Shown here: one piece after another, positions 10,178 through 20,867 of the stretch
Layout: the number at the start of each line of letters is the position of its first letter
Numbering within the stretch: the first letter of the stretch is position 1
NCBI GenBank assembly: GCA_034439575.1
Contig: JAWXAQ010000005.1
Span: forward strand, 64,001-128,000
Direction of reading: 5' to 3'
Source: Leptospira sp.
GTDB taxonomy: Bacteria > Spirochaetota > Leptospiria > Leptospirales > Leptospiraceae
Length of the DNA stretch: 64,000 nucleotides
Translations under genes and position numbers: made by a program
Notes under the pieces: model-generated
The model's input: only the letters and a program-made list of their open reading frames with translations
What the model was told of the DNA's origin: nothing
Databases searched by the model: none

Positions 10178-10984
10178 ATGGGCTTTTTTTATTTAGGCGG
10201 AGATATAATATTATCCTTACTTGCCAATTTAGGAATATTATCAAGTGCCTATTCAAAAAACCTAAATGTATGGGAATTAATTTCTTTGGTCTTAGTTACA
10301 CTCGGTATTTATTTATTAGACCGTTCCTATGACTCTTTCAAGGAAACAACATCGACTCAAACCAAAAGAGGTCTCTTTTATCGAACTAAAATAAAAATCA
10401 TCATACCCGTAGGATTAATATTTCTAATATTTTCATTAACAATTGCTATTTGGCAATTTTCTTTATCTTTTTTACTAGGGGGATTTTGGATCGGATTGGG
10501 AATTTTAATTTATTTTTGTTTTTATTATTTTTTGAAACCAAAATTATTTCCAAAAGAAATTTTCATCGCCGTTTTTTATTGTTTGGGTGTGGCATATCCG
10601 ATTTATTATAATTCATTTCCTTCAAAACTCATTGAACTTTTCCCATATATTTTATTTTTTCTTTCTATTTTAGCAGAAGTAATGGCACTTTCCTTAAACG
10701 ATTTTGAATGGGATGCGAAACTACAATTCCATTCCTTAAGTCAGTCACTTGGGAAAAAGAAAACAAAGATAATCTTTCTAACACTCACTTTTATTGGTTT
10801 AGGTATAAGTATCTTTCTTAGTATCCAATATTTAACAACGATTAAACTAGTTGCAATGGGTTATATTTTTTATTTTATTTTTCTATTTTTAATCGAAGAA
10901 GAGAAAATACATTTTAGATTTATAGAAAAAAAAATTTTACTAGAACTGAGTTACTGTCCATTTTTCTTATATTATCTGCTTTAA
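10178..10984 (+). CDS. UbiA-like prenyltransferase-family membrane protein (start uncertain)
   Basis: Multi-TM; Asp-containing motifs YLLDRSYD and NDFEWD. Confidence 0.55.
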   Translation: MGFFYLGGDIILSLLANLGILSSAYSKNLNVWELISLVLVTLGIYLLDRSYDSFKETTSTQTKRGLFYRTKIKIIIPVGLIFLIFSLTIAIWQFSLSFLLGGFWIGLGILIYFCFYYFLKPKLFPKEIFIAVFYCLGVAYPIYYNSFPSKLIELFPYILFFLSILAEVMALSLNDFEWDAKLQFHSLSQSLGKKKTKIIFLTLTFIGLGISIFLSIQYLTTIKLVAMGYIFYFIFLFLIEEEKIHFRFIEKKILLELSYCPFFLYYLL

Positions 10985-11026
10985 ATTCTACTGTCCTTAG
11001 CGAAGGTCAAAAAAGAGAGTTGCACT

Positions 11027-11326
11027 ATGATCATCTTAATCTTTCATATTTTAGTTTTTATTGGCCTTTTATTTTCTCTACTCTTCTATTTCAAAAAAAA
11101 GGAACCCATCCTTTCTCTGGGCTTTTTACCGAGTTTGCGAACTACCCCGCAAAACCTAAAATCAAAGCCTCATTTATTTATATTTGTTACCTACATTCTT
11201 TTTTTATTATTTCCACTCACAATTGGCCTCTCCTATTATTTGCACTCTGATGCCAATGTTCTAGTTGTGATCATTTGGATCTTATGGACTTACAACTGGG
11301 TCAAATATACATTCTGGAGAGAATAA
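11027..11326 (+). CDS. Small hypothetical membrane protein
   Basis: 99 aa with about 3 hydrophobic segments. Confidence 0.6.
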   Translation: MIILIFHILVFIGLLFSLLFYFKKKEPILSLGFLPSLRTTPQNLKSKPHLFIFVTYILFLLFPLTIGLSYYLHSDANVLVVIIWILWTYNWVKYTFWRE

Positions 11327-11393
11327 AAGACTTTCCAGGGAGCATTCCTCACTTTTTCTGGTTTATAGGCAATCCACGAAATCGGGGTAAGGA

Positions 11394-12155
11394 ATGAAAA
11401 TTTTTGTACTTGTAAAACAGGTTCCAGACACGGAAACCAGCATCAAACCCGGCGACAAAGCAATCAATGAGTCCGGCGTAAAATGGATCATCTCTCCATA
11501 TGATGAATTCGCAATAGAAGAAGGCATCCGCATTCGTGAAAAAAGCGGTGGCGAAGTCGTAGCAGTTTCCCTTGGACCAGACCGAGTGGTAGAAGCACTT
11601 CGCACTGCATATGCCATGGGTGTTGATCGTGCGATTCATGTGAAAGTAGATGACTACATTACTTTCGATTCCACATATACATCTGAATTACTTGCAAATC
11701 TTATCAAAGCTGAAAATGCAGATTTAGTCATAGGTGGACGCCAATCCATTGACACTGACAGTTCACAGGTTGTGATTCAAATTGCAGAGCGACTCAATAT
11801 TCCTCACGTTGCAATGGCTCTCAAACTAGAATTTGACGGTACAAAAGTGACAGCTACTCGTGAAATCGAAGGCGGAACTGAAGTTGTAGAAACGACGGCT
11901 CCTCTAGCTATCACAGCACAAAAAGGTTTAAATGAACCTAGATACCCTAGTTTGAAAGGTATCATGTCAGCTAAGAAAAAACCAGTTGATGTTAAAAAAC
12001 CAGAAGAACTCGGTGCGACTCCATCAAAATTAGAAGTTGTATCATTAGAACCACCTCCTCCAAGAATTGCAGGTCGCAAATTAGAAGCAGGCGATGCGGC
12101 AGGTTTTGCATCTCAACTCGTAAAAGCTCTTCGCGAAGAAGCGAAGGTCATCTAA
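11394..12155 (+). CDS. etfB: Electron transfer flavoprotein beta subunit
   Basis: VKQVPDT, ISPYDEFAIEE, GRQSIDTD, LNEPRYPSL. Confidence 0.97.
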   Translation: MKIFVLVKQVPDTETSIKPGDKAINESGVKWIISPYDEFAIEEGIRIREKSGGEVVAVSLGPDRVVEALRTAYAMGVDRAIHVKVDDYITFDSTYTSELLANLIKAENADLVIGGRQSIDTDSSQVVIQIAERLNIPHVAMALKLEFDGTKVTATREIEGGTEVVETTAPLAITAQKGLNEPRYPSLKGIMSAKKKPVDVKKPEELGATPSKLEVVSLEPPPPRIAGRKLEAGDAAGFASQLVKALREEAKVI

Positions 12156-12165
12156 GGAGAACCAA

Positions 12166-13125
12166 ATGGCAGACGTATTAGTAGTTAGCGAATTAAAAGA
12201 CGGCGAACTTAAAAAAATATCAAAAGAACTCACTTCGGCAGCACGCAAGATTGCGGATGCAAGTGGTGGAAAAGTACATACGGTTGTTATTTCTGATAAT
12301 GCAGATAAATATGCAGCAGATCTAAAAGCTGTTGGCGCTGATACAATCATTGGTGTTAACTTAGGTGATTTTAACCCAGAAGGTTATGCGAATGGAATCG
12401 CAAGTATCATCCAAGAAAAAAAACCAGGTGTGGTTTTGATTCCTCACTCTTCGCAAGGAAAAGATTATTCTGCTAGAGTTGCGATCAAAGTAAATGCGGG
12501 TATCGTAGCCGATGCAGTGGGTCTTTCTATCGATGGTGGAAAAGTAGTAGCTAAAAAACCAATTTACTCTGGTAAAGCTTACGCAAATTTCAAAATCAAT
12601 TCTGAAATTCAAATTTTTACAGTGCGAGCGAACTCACAAGAAGTAACTTTGAAAGATGGCGCGGGCGTAGTTGAAAAATCAGGTGCTGGTGCTGGTGAAG
12701 TCAGACTTAAGTCTATTTCTAAAGACCTTTCTGGTGGCAACAAAGTGCAATTAGCGGATGCATCTATCATCGTATCCGGTGGTCGCGGGATCAAAGGACC
12801 AGAAAATTGGCCAATGTTGCAAGACTTAGCAGATACACTAGGGGCAGCCCTAGGAGCGTCGCGTGCGACAGTGGATGCAGGTTGGATTTCTCACTCTCAC
12901 CAAGTCGGTCAAACTGGTAAAACAGTTTCTCCAAATTGTTATATAGCTTGCGGTATTTCTGGAGCCATTCAGCATTTAGCTGGTATGGGTTCTTCCAAAT
13001 ACATCGTAGCGATCAATAAAGATGGAGATGCTCCAATTTTTAAAGTGGCAACCTACGGTGTGGTCGCAGACCTCTTCGAAGTGGTGCCGGCTCTTACTTC
13101 CGAATTCAAAAAAGTGCTGGGGTAA
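12166..13125 (+). CDS. etfA: Electron transfer flavoprotein alpha subunit
   Basis: IVSGGRG, GASRA, QVGQTGK, GISGAIQHLAGM, INKD. Confidence 0.97.
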   Translation: MADVLVVSELKDGELKKISKELTSAARKIADASGGKVHTVVISDNADKYAADLKAVGADTIIGVNLGDFNPEGYANGIASIIQEKKPGVVLIPHSSQGKDYSARVAIKVNAGIVADAVGLSIDGGKVVAKKPIYSGKAYANFKINSEIQIFTVRANSQEVTLKDGAGVVEKSGAGAGEVRLKSISKDLSGGNKVQLADASIIVSGGRGIKGPENWPMLQDLADTLGAALGASRATVDAGWISHSHQVGQTGKTVSPNCYIACGISGAIQHLAGMGSSKYIVAINKDGDAPIFKVATYGVVADLFEVVPALTSEFKKVLG

Positions 13126-13152
13126 TCCTAGCACTACTTTTGCATTGGAGTT

Positions 13153-13737
13153 GTGTTCCCCATTTTTCGAACCCTTCCTCTATTTTTCATGCTGTGTTTC
13201 ATTCTCACAAATAGAATCGAAGCACAGGATGGAAAAGAAAAACTAAACGCCGTTATAGCAAAACTTAATTCCCTCGATACATTCCGGGCTACCGTCACTA
13301 TCAATGGTGGTCTAACAGGCGTTCTTTCCTATAAAAATCCTTATCAAATGCATGTTCGTTTGAATGATGGTCGTATCATTTCCGCTAATGGAAAGGTATT
13401 ATGGTTTTATAGCCCAGATACTTCCCTCTCGGGTCGCCAAGATTTAAAAGGTGGTACTGGGGGCCTTGCAGGTATGTTGTCTGGTTATGAAACAGTCACT
13501 GTTTCAGGTAAAACTTTCCGACTTACCTCTCCTACAAAAAGATATACTGAGATCATACTTGTCGTTTCCGATAATGATTTGCCACGAGTGATTAAAATGA
13601 AACGAGAAGATGAAGAAATTACTGAAATTGCTTTTTCTGGAATTGCGACAAACATCGGACTCGGAACCAGTTTATTTAATTTTCAACCTCCAACAAATTC
13701 TCAAATCGTTGAAAATCCTCTCAATCAGAAGGAATGA
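13153..13737 (+). CDS. lolA: Outer-membrane lipoprotein carrier LolA family protein
   Basis: Signal peptide; IISANGKVLWFYSPD and C-terminal LFNFQPP. Confidence 0.75.
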   Translation: MFPIFRTLPLFFMLCFILTNRIEAQDGKEKLNAVIAKLNSLDTFRATVTINGGLTGVLSYKNPYQMHVRLNDGRIISANGKVLWFYSPDTSLSGRQDLKGGTGGLAGMLSGYETVTVSGKTFRLTSPTKRYTEIILVVSDNDLPRVIKMKREDEEITEIAFSGIATNIGLGTSLFNFQPPTNSQIVENPLNQKE

Positions 13738-13740
13738 CGT

Positions 13741-15666
13741 ATGACGCCCGTTTCACGAACCGAAGCTCATAGAGTTTTTGCTGATCTGTATAGAAAATCA
13801 AGGACTCCTGAACACCAACAGCTTATCGATGAAGCAATTTTAAAATCAAACGATGTTTTTATACGTATTGATCTTATCAAAAAAGTTGATGAAGATTATC
13901 AAAATCGCAATAAACCAAAAGACAAACCCAAAGTAGCGATAGAGGAAAGACCTCAAAGAGACCAAGGCAATAGGCAAGATTCACAATCTAAACAAGAACA
14001 GAAACCTCGTAAACCAGCGGACTTAGTTTCAACAGATTCCGCCAAACAAAAACAAGCTGGTCAAAAGAAAAAACCAGAACCGGCAAAACAAGGTGGTGGA
14101 TTGTTTGCAGGTCTTTTTGGCGGTGGTGCTGCACAAAATCCGATCGCAAAATTTGCCAAAGAAACTGGAACCATTGATATAGGATTGTTTGGAAGAAATC
14201 CTACCATTTCTAATGCTGCAGAAAAACTATTTCGAACTTTAAAAGAAGATACCATCATTCCCACAATTCAGGCATTGAGAACATCAGAACAACAAGGTTG
14301 GCGTTTATGGACACCACTTGTATATAATGTGATTAGCAATTATAGTAAATTTTTTAATGCATTCGTATCACTTGATTCTTTATTTTTAGATAAGATTTCT
14401 CCTGAAATTTTTTTGGACAGGTCCATAAAAATGCAAATGTTTTATGTTAGGTTTTTACAAAGAGATGATGCTAAACAAATCATAGTAGACAACCTACCGA
14501 AAATAGTGGGCATGGATGACAAACTAACAAACAAAATGTCAGCTGTCATGGAAGGAATCAATTATGGCGTCAATCTCGAAGTTTCTAAACCAAAGCTGAC
14601 AGATGTTATAACAGCCTTTTATATCGTCTCCAAAAAGAAAATGTTTACCTGGGATGATATTGTCGCAGATCTACGTGTACCATTAGTTCAAGAGCATAAA
14701 TTCCAAGAGTCACGAGAGATTCAAAAAGAAGTCGAACTTACAGTTTCCAAAACTACGGAAGATATCAATATACGTGTTTTCAAAAAGGAAGAGCTCCAAA
14801 ATTTAAGAACACGATATTTTACTATCGATGATAAAGGAAAAATAAGTTTTGAATTTTTAAATCAGGTAGTTGATGACTTTGTAAAACTACATATCCCTGA
14901 GGCAGTAAAGAGCCAATCCATTAAAAATACATATAAGTCGATGCCGCATAAATTACTTTATCTCTTGTTACGCGACATTCAAATCGTTTATATAAATATG
15001 ATCGAAGGATACATTCGCCTAGGGGATATCAATCAAAACCAAGATTTGTTAATTGTTCAGCCAGGCCTTTTTCGAAGTGAAATTGAAACTATGAACAATC
15101 TTGTTCGATTGATAGAAAATTTTAATAAAAAATTCCCGAGTTTTCAATACACTTTCCAACAATTCAATAGCGATTTTAGCAAAGGCACTATTGATCAAAT
15201 TGTTAATAATATTTTAAAAGTATTAACGGATTCAGCAGAATTTTTCGGAGCCTTCGCAAATAAATTAAATCTAATGATAGAAAGCCATTTGATGGCAAAA
15301 TCAAACGAATCCAAAGGGAAAGGATCAGATAAAATTGCTATTACAAAAGAAAAAGTAATCGAAGAAATAAAATTACAACAAAGGTTTATTCCCCATTACG
15401 ATAAAACATTGGTGACCAAAGAACGGATCAATGGAATGACAGTTGAAGAAATATTCATTCAACTAACAAAGTATTTATATAATTATGCAGTCATTTTTAA
15501 GGACCCACAAACTTCACAAAAGTTAACTGCTCATAGAAAAATAGAACAAGAGTTAATTGTCCTACAAAATGAATACGAAAGGCTTACGAATTCTTCCTTC
15601 TCTTCCGATGGATCAGGTCTAGTCTCTGAAGTTCCCGAAAATGAACCTGGCGACTTAGGAGAATAA
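13741..15666 (+). CDS. Hypothetical protein, 641 aa, helical
   Basis: Long ORF tightly packed between lolA and trpS. Confidence 0.8.
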   Translation: MTPVSRTEAHRVFADLYRKSRTPEHQQLIDEAILKSNDVFIRIDLIKKVDEDYQNRNKPKDKPKVAIEERPQRDQGNRQDSQSKQEQKPRKPADLVSTDSAKQKQAGQKKKPEPAKQGGGLFAGLFGGGAAQNPIAKFAKETGTIDIGLFGRNPTISNAAEKLFRTLKEDTIIPTIQALRTSEQQGWRLWTPLVYNVISNYSKFFNAFVSLDSLFLDKISPEIFLDRSIKMQMFYVRFLQRDDAKQIIVDNLPKIVGMDDKLTNKMSAVMEGINYGVNLEVSKPKLTDVITAFYIVSKKKMFTWDDIVADLRVPLVQEHKFQESREIQKEVELTVSKTTEDINIRVFKKEELQNLRTRYFTIDDKGKISFEFLNQVVDDFVKLHIPEAVKSQSIKNTYKSMPHKLLYLLLRDIQIVYINMIEGYIRLGDINQNQDLLIVQPGLFRSEIETMNNLVRLIENFNKKFPSFQYTFQQFNSDFSKGTIDQIVNNILKVLTDSAEFFGAFANKLNLMIESHLMAKSNESKGKGSDKIAITKEKVIEEIKLQQRFIPHYDKTLVTKERINGMTVEEIFIQLTKYLYNYAVIFKDPQTSQKLTAHRKIEQELIVLQNEYERLTNSSFSSDGSGLVSEVPENEPGDLGE

Positions 15667-15672
15667 ACTCAG

Positions 15673-16641
15673 ATGAGGATATTAACAGGAGTTCAACCTT
15701 CCGGAAAACTACATTTGGGTAATTATTTTTCTGCTATTAGAAAAATTTTAGAATATCAATCAAACAACGAACTTTTTCTCTTTGTTGCAAACCTTCATGC
15801 CTTAACAACTTTTTCTTCCAAAAATGATCTGGAAGATTACACTATGTCCGCTGTTCTCGACTTACTAGCGCTTGGTGTCGATCCAGAAAAAACAACTTTG
15901 TGGGTACAAAGTGATATCACCGAAGTCACAGAATTGGCATGGTATCTTTCACAATCCATCACCGTATCCCAATTGCAATTAGCACATTCATTTAAAGATA
16001 AAGTTTCTAAGGGATATAGCCCTGGTGCCGGACTATTTACCTATCCCATCTTGATGGCAGCAGATATTTTACTTTTCTCAGCCGATAAAGTTCCTGTCGG
16101 CAAAGACCAAAAACAACATTTAGAATTTGCTCGTGATATAGCCGAAAGGTTCAATGCACAATTTGGAAATTTACTTCGCATCCCCGAACCAGACATAGAC
16201 GAAAAGACTGCCACTATACCAGGTGTAGATGGTGCCAAAATGTCAAAATCTTACAAGAACACGATTGATCTATTTGCGACTGAAAAAGAGATCAGAAAGT
16301 CTGTCATGTCAATTCTGAGTGATTCCAAAGGAATCGAAGAACCAAAAGATCCAGATACTTCTATTATATTTCAAATTCATAGCCTATTCTTAGATGAAAC
16401 AGAAAAATCCTCGCTTAAGGCACGTTATTTGAAAGGTGGCGTAGGTTATGGGGATTTAAAAAAGTCACTTCTAGAAATAATTATGGAAAAATTTGCCCCC
16501 TTTAGAAAGAGAAGGGAAGAATTGGTTTTGGACCAATCATATGTAAAAAGGATCCTTAAAGAAGGCAAACAAAAAGCCAAATCTATTGCGGAACAAAAAC
16601 TAACGGAAATACGAACTTCGCTTGGAATTTACAGATCTTAA
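15673..16641 (+). CDS. trpS: Tryptophan--tRNA ligase
   Basis: [14 protein letters not shown] (HIGH), [25 protein letters not shown]. Confidence 0.97.
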   Translation: MRILTGVQPSGKLHLGNYFSAIRKILEYQSNNELFLFVANLHALTTFSSKNDLEDYTMSAVLDLLALGVDPEKTTLWVQSDITEVTELAWYLSQSITVSQLQLAHSFKDKVSKGYSPGAGLFTYPILMAADILLFSADKVPVGKDQKQHLEFARDIAERFNAQFGNLLRIPEPDIDEKTATIPGVDGAKMSKSYKNTIDLFATEKEIRKSVMSILSDSKGIEEPKDPDTSIIFQIHSLFLDETEKSSLKARYLKGGVGYGDLKKSLLEIIMEKFAPFRKRREELVLDQSYVKRILKEGKQKAKSIAEQKLTEIRTSLGIYRS

Positions 16642-16695
16642 TTTTTTTCTTTCGATTTTAACTCACAAAATAATTTAAAATTTACCTTATTCTTT

Positions 16696-18569
16696 ATGGC
16701 TAAGATTTCTTTGCCTCTGCCCTACCCATGTTCGCAAGGTGGAATCATTGCGATGGGTATTTCGTGTTCGGCTACTTTGTTGAAATATTCTGAACATCTA
16801 AGTGGTGCTCATTTAACATTACTCATACTATTTATTATTTTTTGGCTCACAAACGACGCTTTGTTCTATTTTTTTAAGAAAAGAATTTTTAAATTTCTTA
16901 GAATCTTCTTCTTGGGAAGTATATTATTTTCAAGCATTGTTATATGGAAAGTATCTACGCCTAACCAAAAACCAATGAAAGGTAAATCTGAAATCGCTAT
17001 AAATTTTTCTAAAAAAATTGAATCCTTACTATCTCAAAGCATTTTACCAAAAGAATCACAATTAGTAGCGAAAGGTCTCGTTCTCGGATCAAGTGCGGGA
17101 TTACCTTTAGAAATGAAAACTAGAGCTAGAGAGGGGGGGATTTTACACTTGTTTGCTGCATCTGGATTGCACCTGGGTATCTTTATAGGTTTCAATCTTT
17201 TCATTTTAAAAAAATATTTTCCAAGGTTCGTTTTCTCCCCTATATAATCGCCTTACTCTTTGGATTTTTTTATTTATTGTTATTAGATTTCCCCGTTTCA
17301 TTTTTACGCGCTTATTGCTTCGCCGTGTATAGTTTACTCGGATCTTTATTTTATAGAAAGGTTATGCCTGGGGATGTTCTTGCCTACTCTTCTGCGAGCA
17401 TTGCTATGTTTTTATACGCAGATTTTTTGAGTGTAGGTTTCTTACTCTCGTTTGGTGCTGTGTTTGGCATTTTTTATTTTAAACCTGTGATCGATTTTTA
17501 CTTTTTACCGGGAGTCCGACATTTTCTAAAAGACAATGTAAGTATTTCACTTGCTTGTTCCTTTGCGACCTTTCCCACTTTGGCCTATTATTTTCATTCA
17601 TTTTCATTTGGCAGTTTTTGGATCAATCTTTTTGTAGTACCACTCGCATCCTTGGTATTACCAGTTCTCTATTTGAATTTGATTTGTGAATGGTTAATAA
17701 AAAGTAATTTCACATTTTTGTTTTGGCACATAACGGATTTTATTTTGCGAGTATTCTTAAAAGTTGTCACGATGACAACAAATTCATTTTCCTTTTACTA
17801 TCAGTGGGATTATTTACCTTTGAGTATCTTAATCTATTTATTTTTTATATTTTCACTTTTGATACTTCCTTATTTTATTTTCCAAAACCGATTTCATAAA
17901 TTGTATGAGAACGAAAATATAATGAAAAGTGTCATCATTGGAAGTTTAATCACATTATTTTTTTTCTTTTACTTTCCCTTTGGAATCATCAATTTTGAAT
18001 CAAAAGATGATTCAAAATTAACGACGGAATACTTTATAAATAAAGGAAATTCTATCATTCATAGCAATCATTCCGTTTATTTACTTGGAAAATGTTTTAA
18101 ACAAAAATATTCCCTTCATCAAATAGGAAAATTGAAACTTTCCCTAACGAACGAAATTAATTTGGAAGATAGATCTTGTTACCCCATTGCCCTACACCTT
18201 GCAAAAACCATCCAAAGACGAAATGGATATTTACCCAAGGTCTTACTTTCTAAAGAACCAATCGTAGTCCCAGTGTTTCTTGCAAATCTACAATCCCAGA
18301 TTGTAAGGTTTGACGGTGATAAAAAAAAACTTTTTTCTCTTCTGAAAGTCCTAAAAGAAAATGAAACAGACTTACAAAAAACAAATGAAAATAAAGGAGG
18401 AATCATCGTTTTGGATCTTCCTCCCTGGTCGAAAGAAAAATTGGAAGATTGGAAAAAATACCAAAAACTTCTTGGGATTTCTTCTTACTGGAAAATTATG
18501 AGTAAAGAGGAACTTCTTGCAAAACAAATACCGCACACCAACGGAGATCCAAGAGTTCCTATCCTCTAA
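16696..18569 (+). pseudogene. comEC: ComEC/Rec2 competence channel split by a -1 frameshift (ORFs 16696-17247 and 17277-18569)
   Basis: HLFAASGLHLG motif in ORF1; SFLRAY and GFLLSFGAV in ORF2. One extra base at TTTTAAAAAAA (17204-17214) joins the frames. Confidence 0.8.
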
Positions 18570-19386
18570 CGGATTAAATGCGCAAAAAAAATTCGGACAA
18601 AATTTTCTCATAGATCAAAATATCACTCGTTTCATCATCGAGACTTCAAAACCTTTTTTGGAAAATCAAAAAACCGAGGTCGCCGAAATAGGAATTGGCC
18701 TTGGAACTTTAACTCATCCTATCTTAGAACTAAATTTACAAACTCATTTATTTGAAATTGATTTAGCTTATATTGAACTCGCCAAAAATACGTATTTAAA
18801 GGATTACCCCAAAGCAAAATTATATCCTGGTGATGCTCTAAAAAACCTACATTTCATCTGCGAAAAAGAAATTTTTGTTTTTGGAAATTTACCATACCAC
18901 CTAACTAGTGATTTTATAACTACTATTGTAACAGATTTTACTAATCTCGTTGGAGCCATATTTATGGTTCAAAAAGAATTCGCAGAACGTTTGACAGGTG
19001 AGACATCTTCCTTATCAATATTTTTAGAAGCCATAGGAAAAACTACACTGCTTCGGCATGTGAATAAAAAATGTTTTTACCCAGCACCCAAAATTGATTC
19101 CAGCCTGATCCTTTTTAAACCACATCCTCGCTCTGAACAAATTTTCAAAAATAAAGAAGAGTTACAAATTTGGTCTCAAATGTTACGTACTTTCTTTTGG
19201 GGAAAACGCAAACAAATCCAAGTTAGTCTACGGGAATCCCCTTTTTCCCAGGACCCACTTTTTCAAAAAGCCGTCAGTTCCGCTTGGGAAAAATTGGGCA
19301 TCGCACCCTCTAAGCGACCGGAAGAATTGAACAGAAAACAATTTCTGAATCTTGGTCAGGAATTACTTGACTCTTTGTCAAAATGA
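18517..19386 (+). CDS. rsmA: 16S rRNA m6(2)A1518/1519 dimethyltransferase
   Basis: KKFGQNFLID, EIGIGLG, GNLPYH, MVQKEFAER, FYPAPKIDS. Confidence 0.95.
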   Translation: MQNKYRTPTEIQEFLSSNGLNAQKKFGQNFLIDQNITRFIIETSKPFLENQKTEVAEIGIGLGTLTHPILELNLQTHLFEIDLAYIELAKNTYLKDYPKAKLYPGDALKNLHFICEKEIFVFGNLPYHLTSDFITTIVTDFTNLVGAIFMVQKEFAERLTGETSSLSIFLEAIGKTTLLRHVNKKCFYPAPKIDSSLILFKPHPRSEQIFKNKEELQIWSQMLRTFFWGKRKQIQVSLRESPFSQDPLFQKAVSSAWEKLGIAPSKRPEELNRKQFLNLGQELLDSLSK

Positions 19387-19403
19387 TGGCAATAGTGATA
19401 CTT

Positions 19404-20651
19404 ATGTTTGAGAACTTCACGCCTCCCCCTTTTGTTACCTTTGCGATTCCAGGATTTTTTGTCCTGATCGGAATTGAAGTTGCTATTGGTGCTTGGAAAA
19501 ATAGACAACTCTACCGCTTGAACGATTCCATAGCGGATCTAAGTACTGGGATTTTGTCTCAACTTTGGGGTCTTTTCCAAAAGGGCATTGGTCTTTTTGC
19601 CTACTTTTATATCTATGAACACTTTCGTATTTTTGAATTTGCACTTAACAACCCTTGGGCTTGGGTTCTTTGTATCGTTGGCCAAGATTTTTGTTATTAT
19701 TGGTCGCATAGACTCGCACACGAAGTGAATATCCTTTGGGCAGGGCATGTGATCCATCACCATAGCGAGGAATACAATCTTGTCGTGGCCCTTCGCCAAA
19801 CAGGACTTGGCGGGCTTATCTCTTGGATTTTTTATGTTCCTCTGGCACTAGTCGGATTTCACCCTTGGATGTATCTTGGATCAGGACAAATCAACTTAAT
19901 TTACCAATTTTGGGTGCATACAAAAGCAGTGGGAAAAATTGGCAAGGTGGGCGAATATTTACTTTCCACTCCTTCCCACCACCGCGTTCACCATGCGATC
20001 AATCCGATCTATATAGATAGAAATCATGGTGGTATTTTTATCATATGGGATCGTCTATTTGGTACTTTCCAAGAAGAACTCGAACCATGTGTGTATGGAA
20101 CGGTCAAACCACTCAAGAGTTTCAATCCAGTCTATGCAAATGTTCATTACTATGTAGAACTCATCCAACAATCCTTCAAAGCAAAGGGTCTTTGGAATAA
20201 GGTATTGGTTTTTCTAAAAAGACCAGGTTGGATGCCACCAGAAGGAAATCGTCCGGCTGGCTATTTGCCGATTCCAGAAGTTAGTCCGGAACGCTTTGTC
20301 AAATACGATCCAAATCCTAGCGCAGAGGTTCGTTCTTACACTACGGCTTGGTTTGTGGGCATATTATTATTGTCTTTTTCCTTTCTATTGTTTGTGACCA
20401 AGTTTTCTCTTCTTTCACAGATCCTATTTGCCTTATGGGTGACAATTTCCCTTGTCGCGGTCAATGCGATGATTGAAAGCAAATCTTGGGCTGTCTCTGT
20501 GGAAATCACTCGTTTGATTTTCGGATTTTTGCTCTTGGGATACTTTGGCCTTGGTTGGGTTTCGTATGGAATCGGCATCGCGTTTCTTATGATGGCTGGT
20601 TTTCATTTTTATAGAAGCCAATCCAAGTCCTTTCAAAGTGTGAGTGCTTAA
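19404..20651 (+). CDS. Sterol desaturase / alkylglycerol monooxygenase-like fatty acid hydroxylase family protein
   Basis: His boxes YYWSHRLAH, HVIHHHSEEYN, FWVHT, TPSHHRVHH. Confidence 0.9.
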   Translation: MFENFTPPPFVTFAIPGFFVLIGIEVAIGAWKNRQLYRLNDSIADLSTGILSQLWGLFQKGIGLFAYFYIYEHFRIFEFALNNPWAWVLCIVGQDFCYYWSHRLAHEVNILWAGHVIHHHSEEYNLVVALRQTGLGGLISWIFYVPLALVGFHPWMYLGSGQINLIYQFWVHTKAVGKIGKVGEYLLSTPSHHRVHHAINPIYIDRNHGGIFIIWDRLFGTFQEELEPCVYGTVKPLKSFNPVYANVHYYVELIQQSFKAKGLWNKVLVFLKRPGWMPPEGNRPAGYLPIPEVSPERFVKYDPNPSAEVRSYTTAWFVGILLLSFSFLLFVTKFSLLSQILFALWVTISLVAVNAMIESKSWAVSVEITRLIFGFLLLGYFGLGWVSYGIGIAFLMMAGFHFYRSQSKSFQSVSA

Positions 20652-20673
20652 AATTCTCTTAACTTACGATATT

Positions 20674-20704
20674 CACCTGAGAGGATCCCCCTCTCAGGTG
20701 TTTT
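20674..20704 (+). terminator. Rho-independent terminator
   Basis: CACCTGAGAGG-atccc-CCTCTCAGGTG perfect 11-bp stem followed by TTTT. Confidence 0.8.
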
Positions 20705-20867
20705 AAAATTCCTTTGATTTCCAAATCCACTCTTGTCAGAATTTCCCCATATTTAAATTATGTCACTTTAGTGCCTTTTTGACTTAAATTTTTGTCCTCC
20801 TTTTCCTTGACCCAAGAGCTTGCCGTGAGATTTTGGCAGTGCACAATAAAATGTGAGGGCGAAAAAG

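Noticed and set aside
10085-10256. Apparent head-to-head overlap of the cyclase and UbiA-like ORFs
   Set aside because: Artefact of longest-ORF starts; an RBS-supported start at 10112 and an ATG at 10178 remove it.
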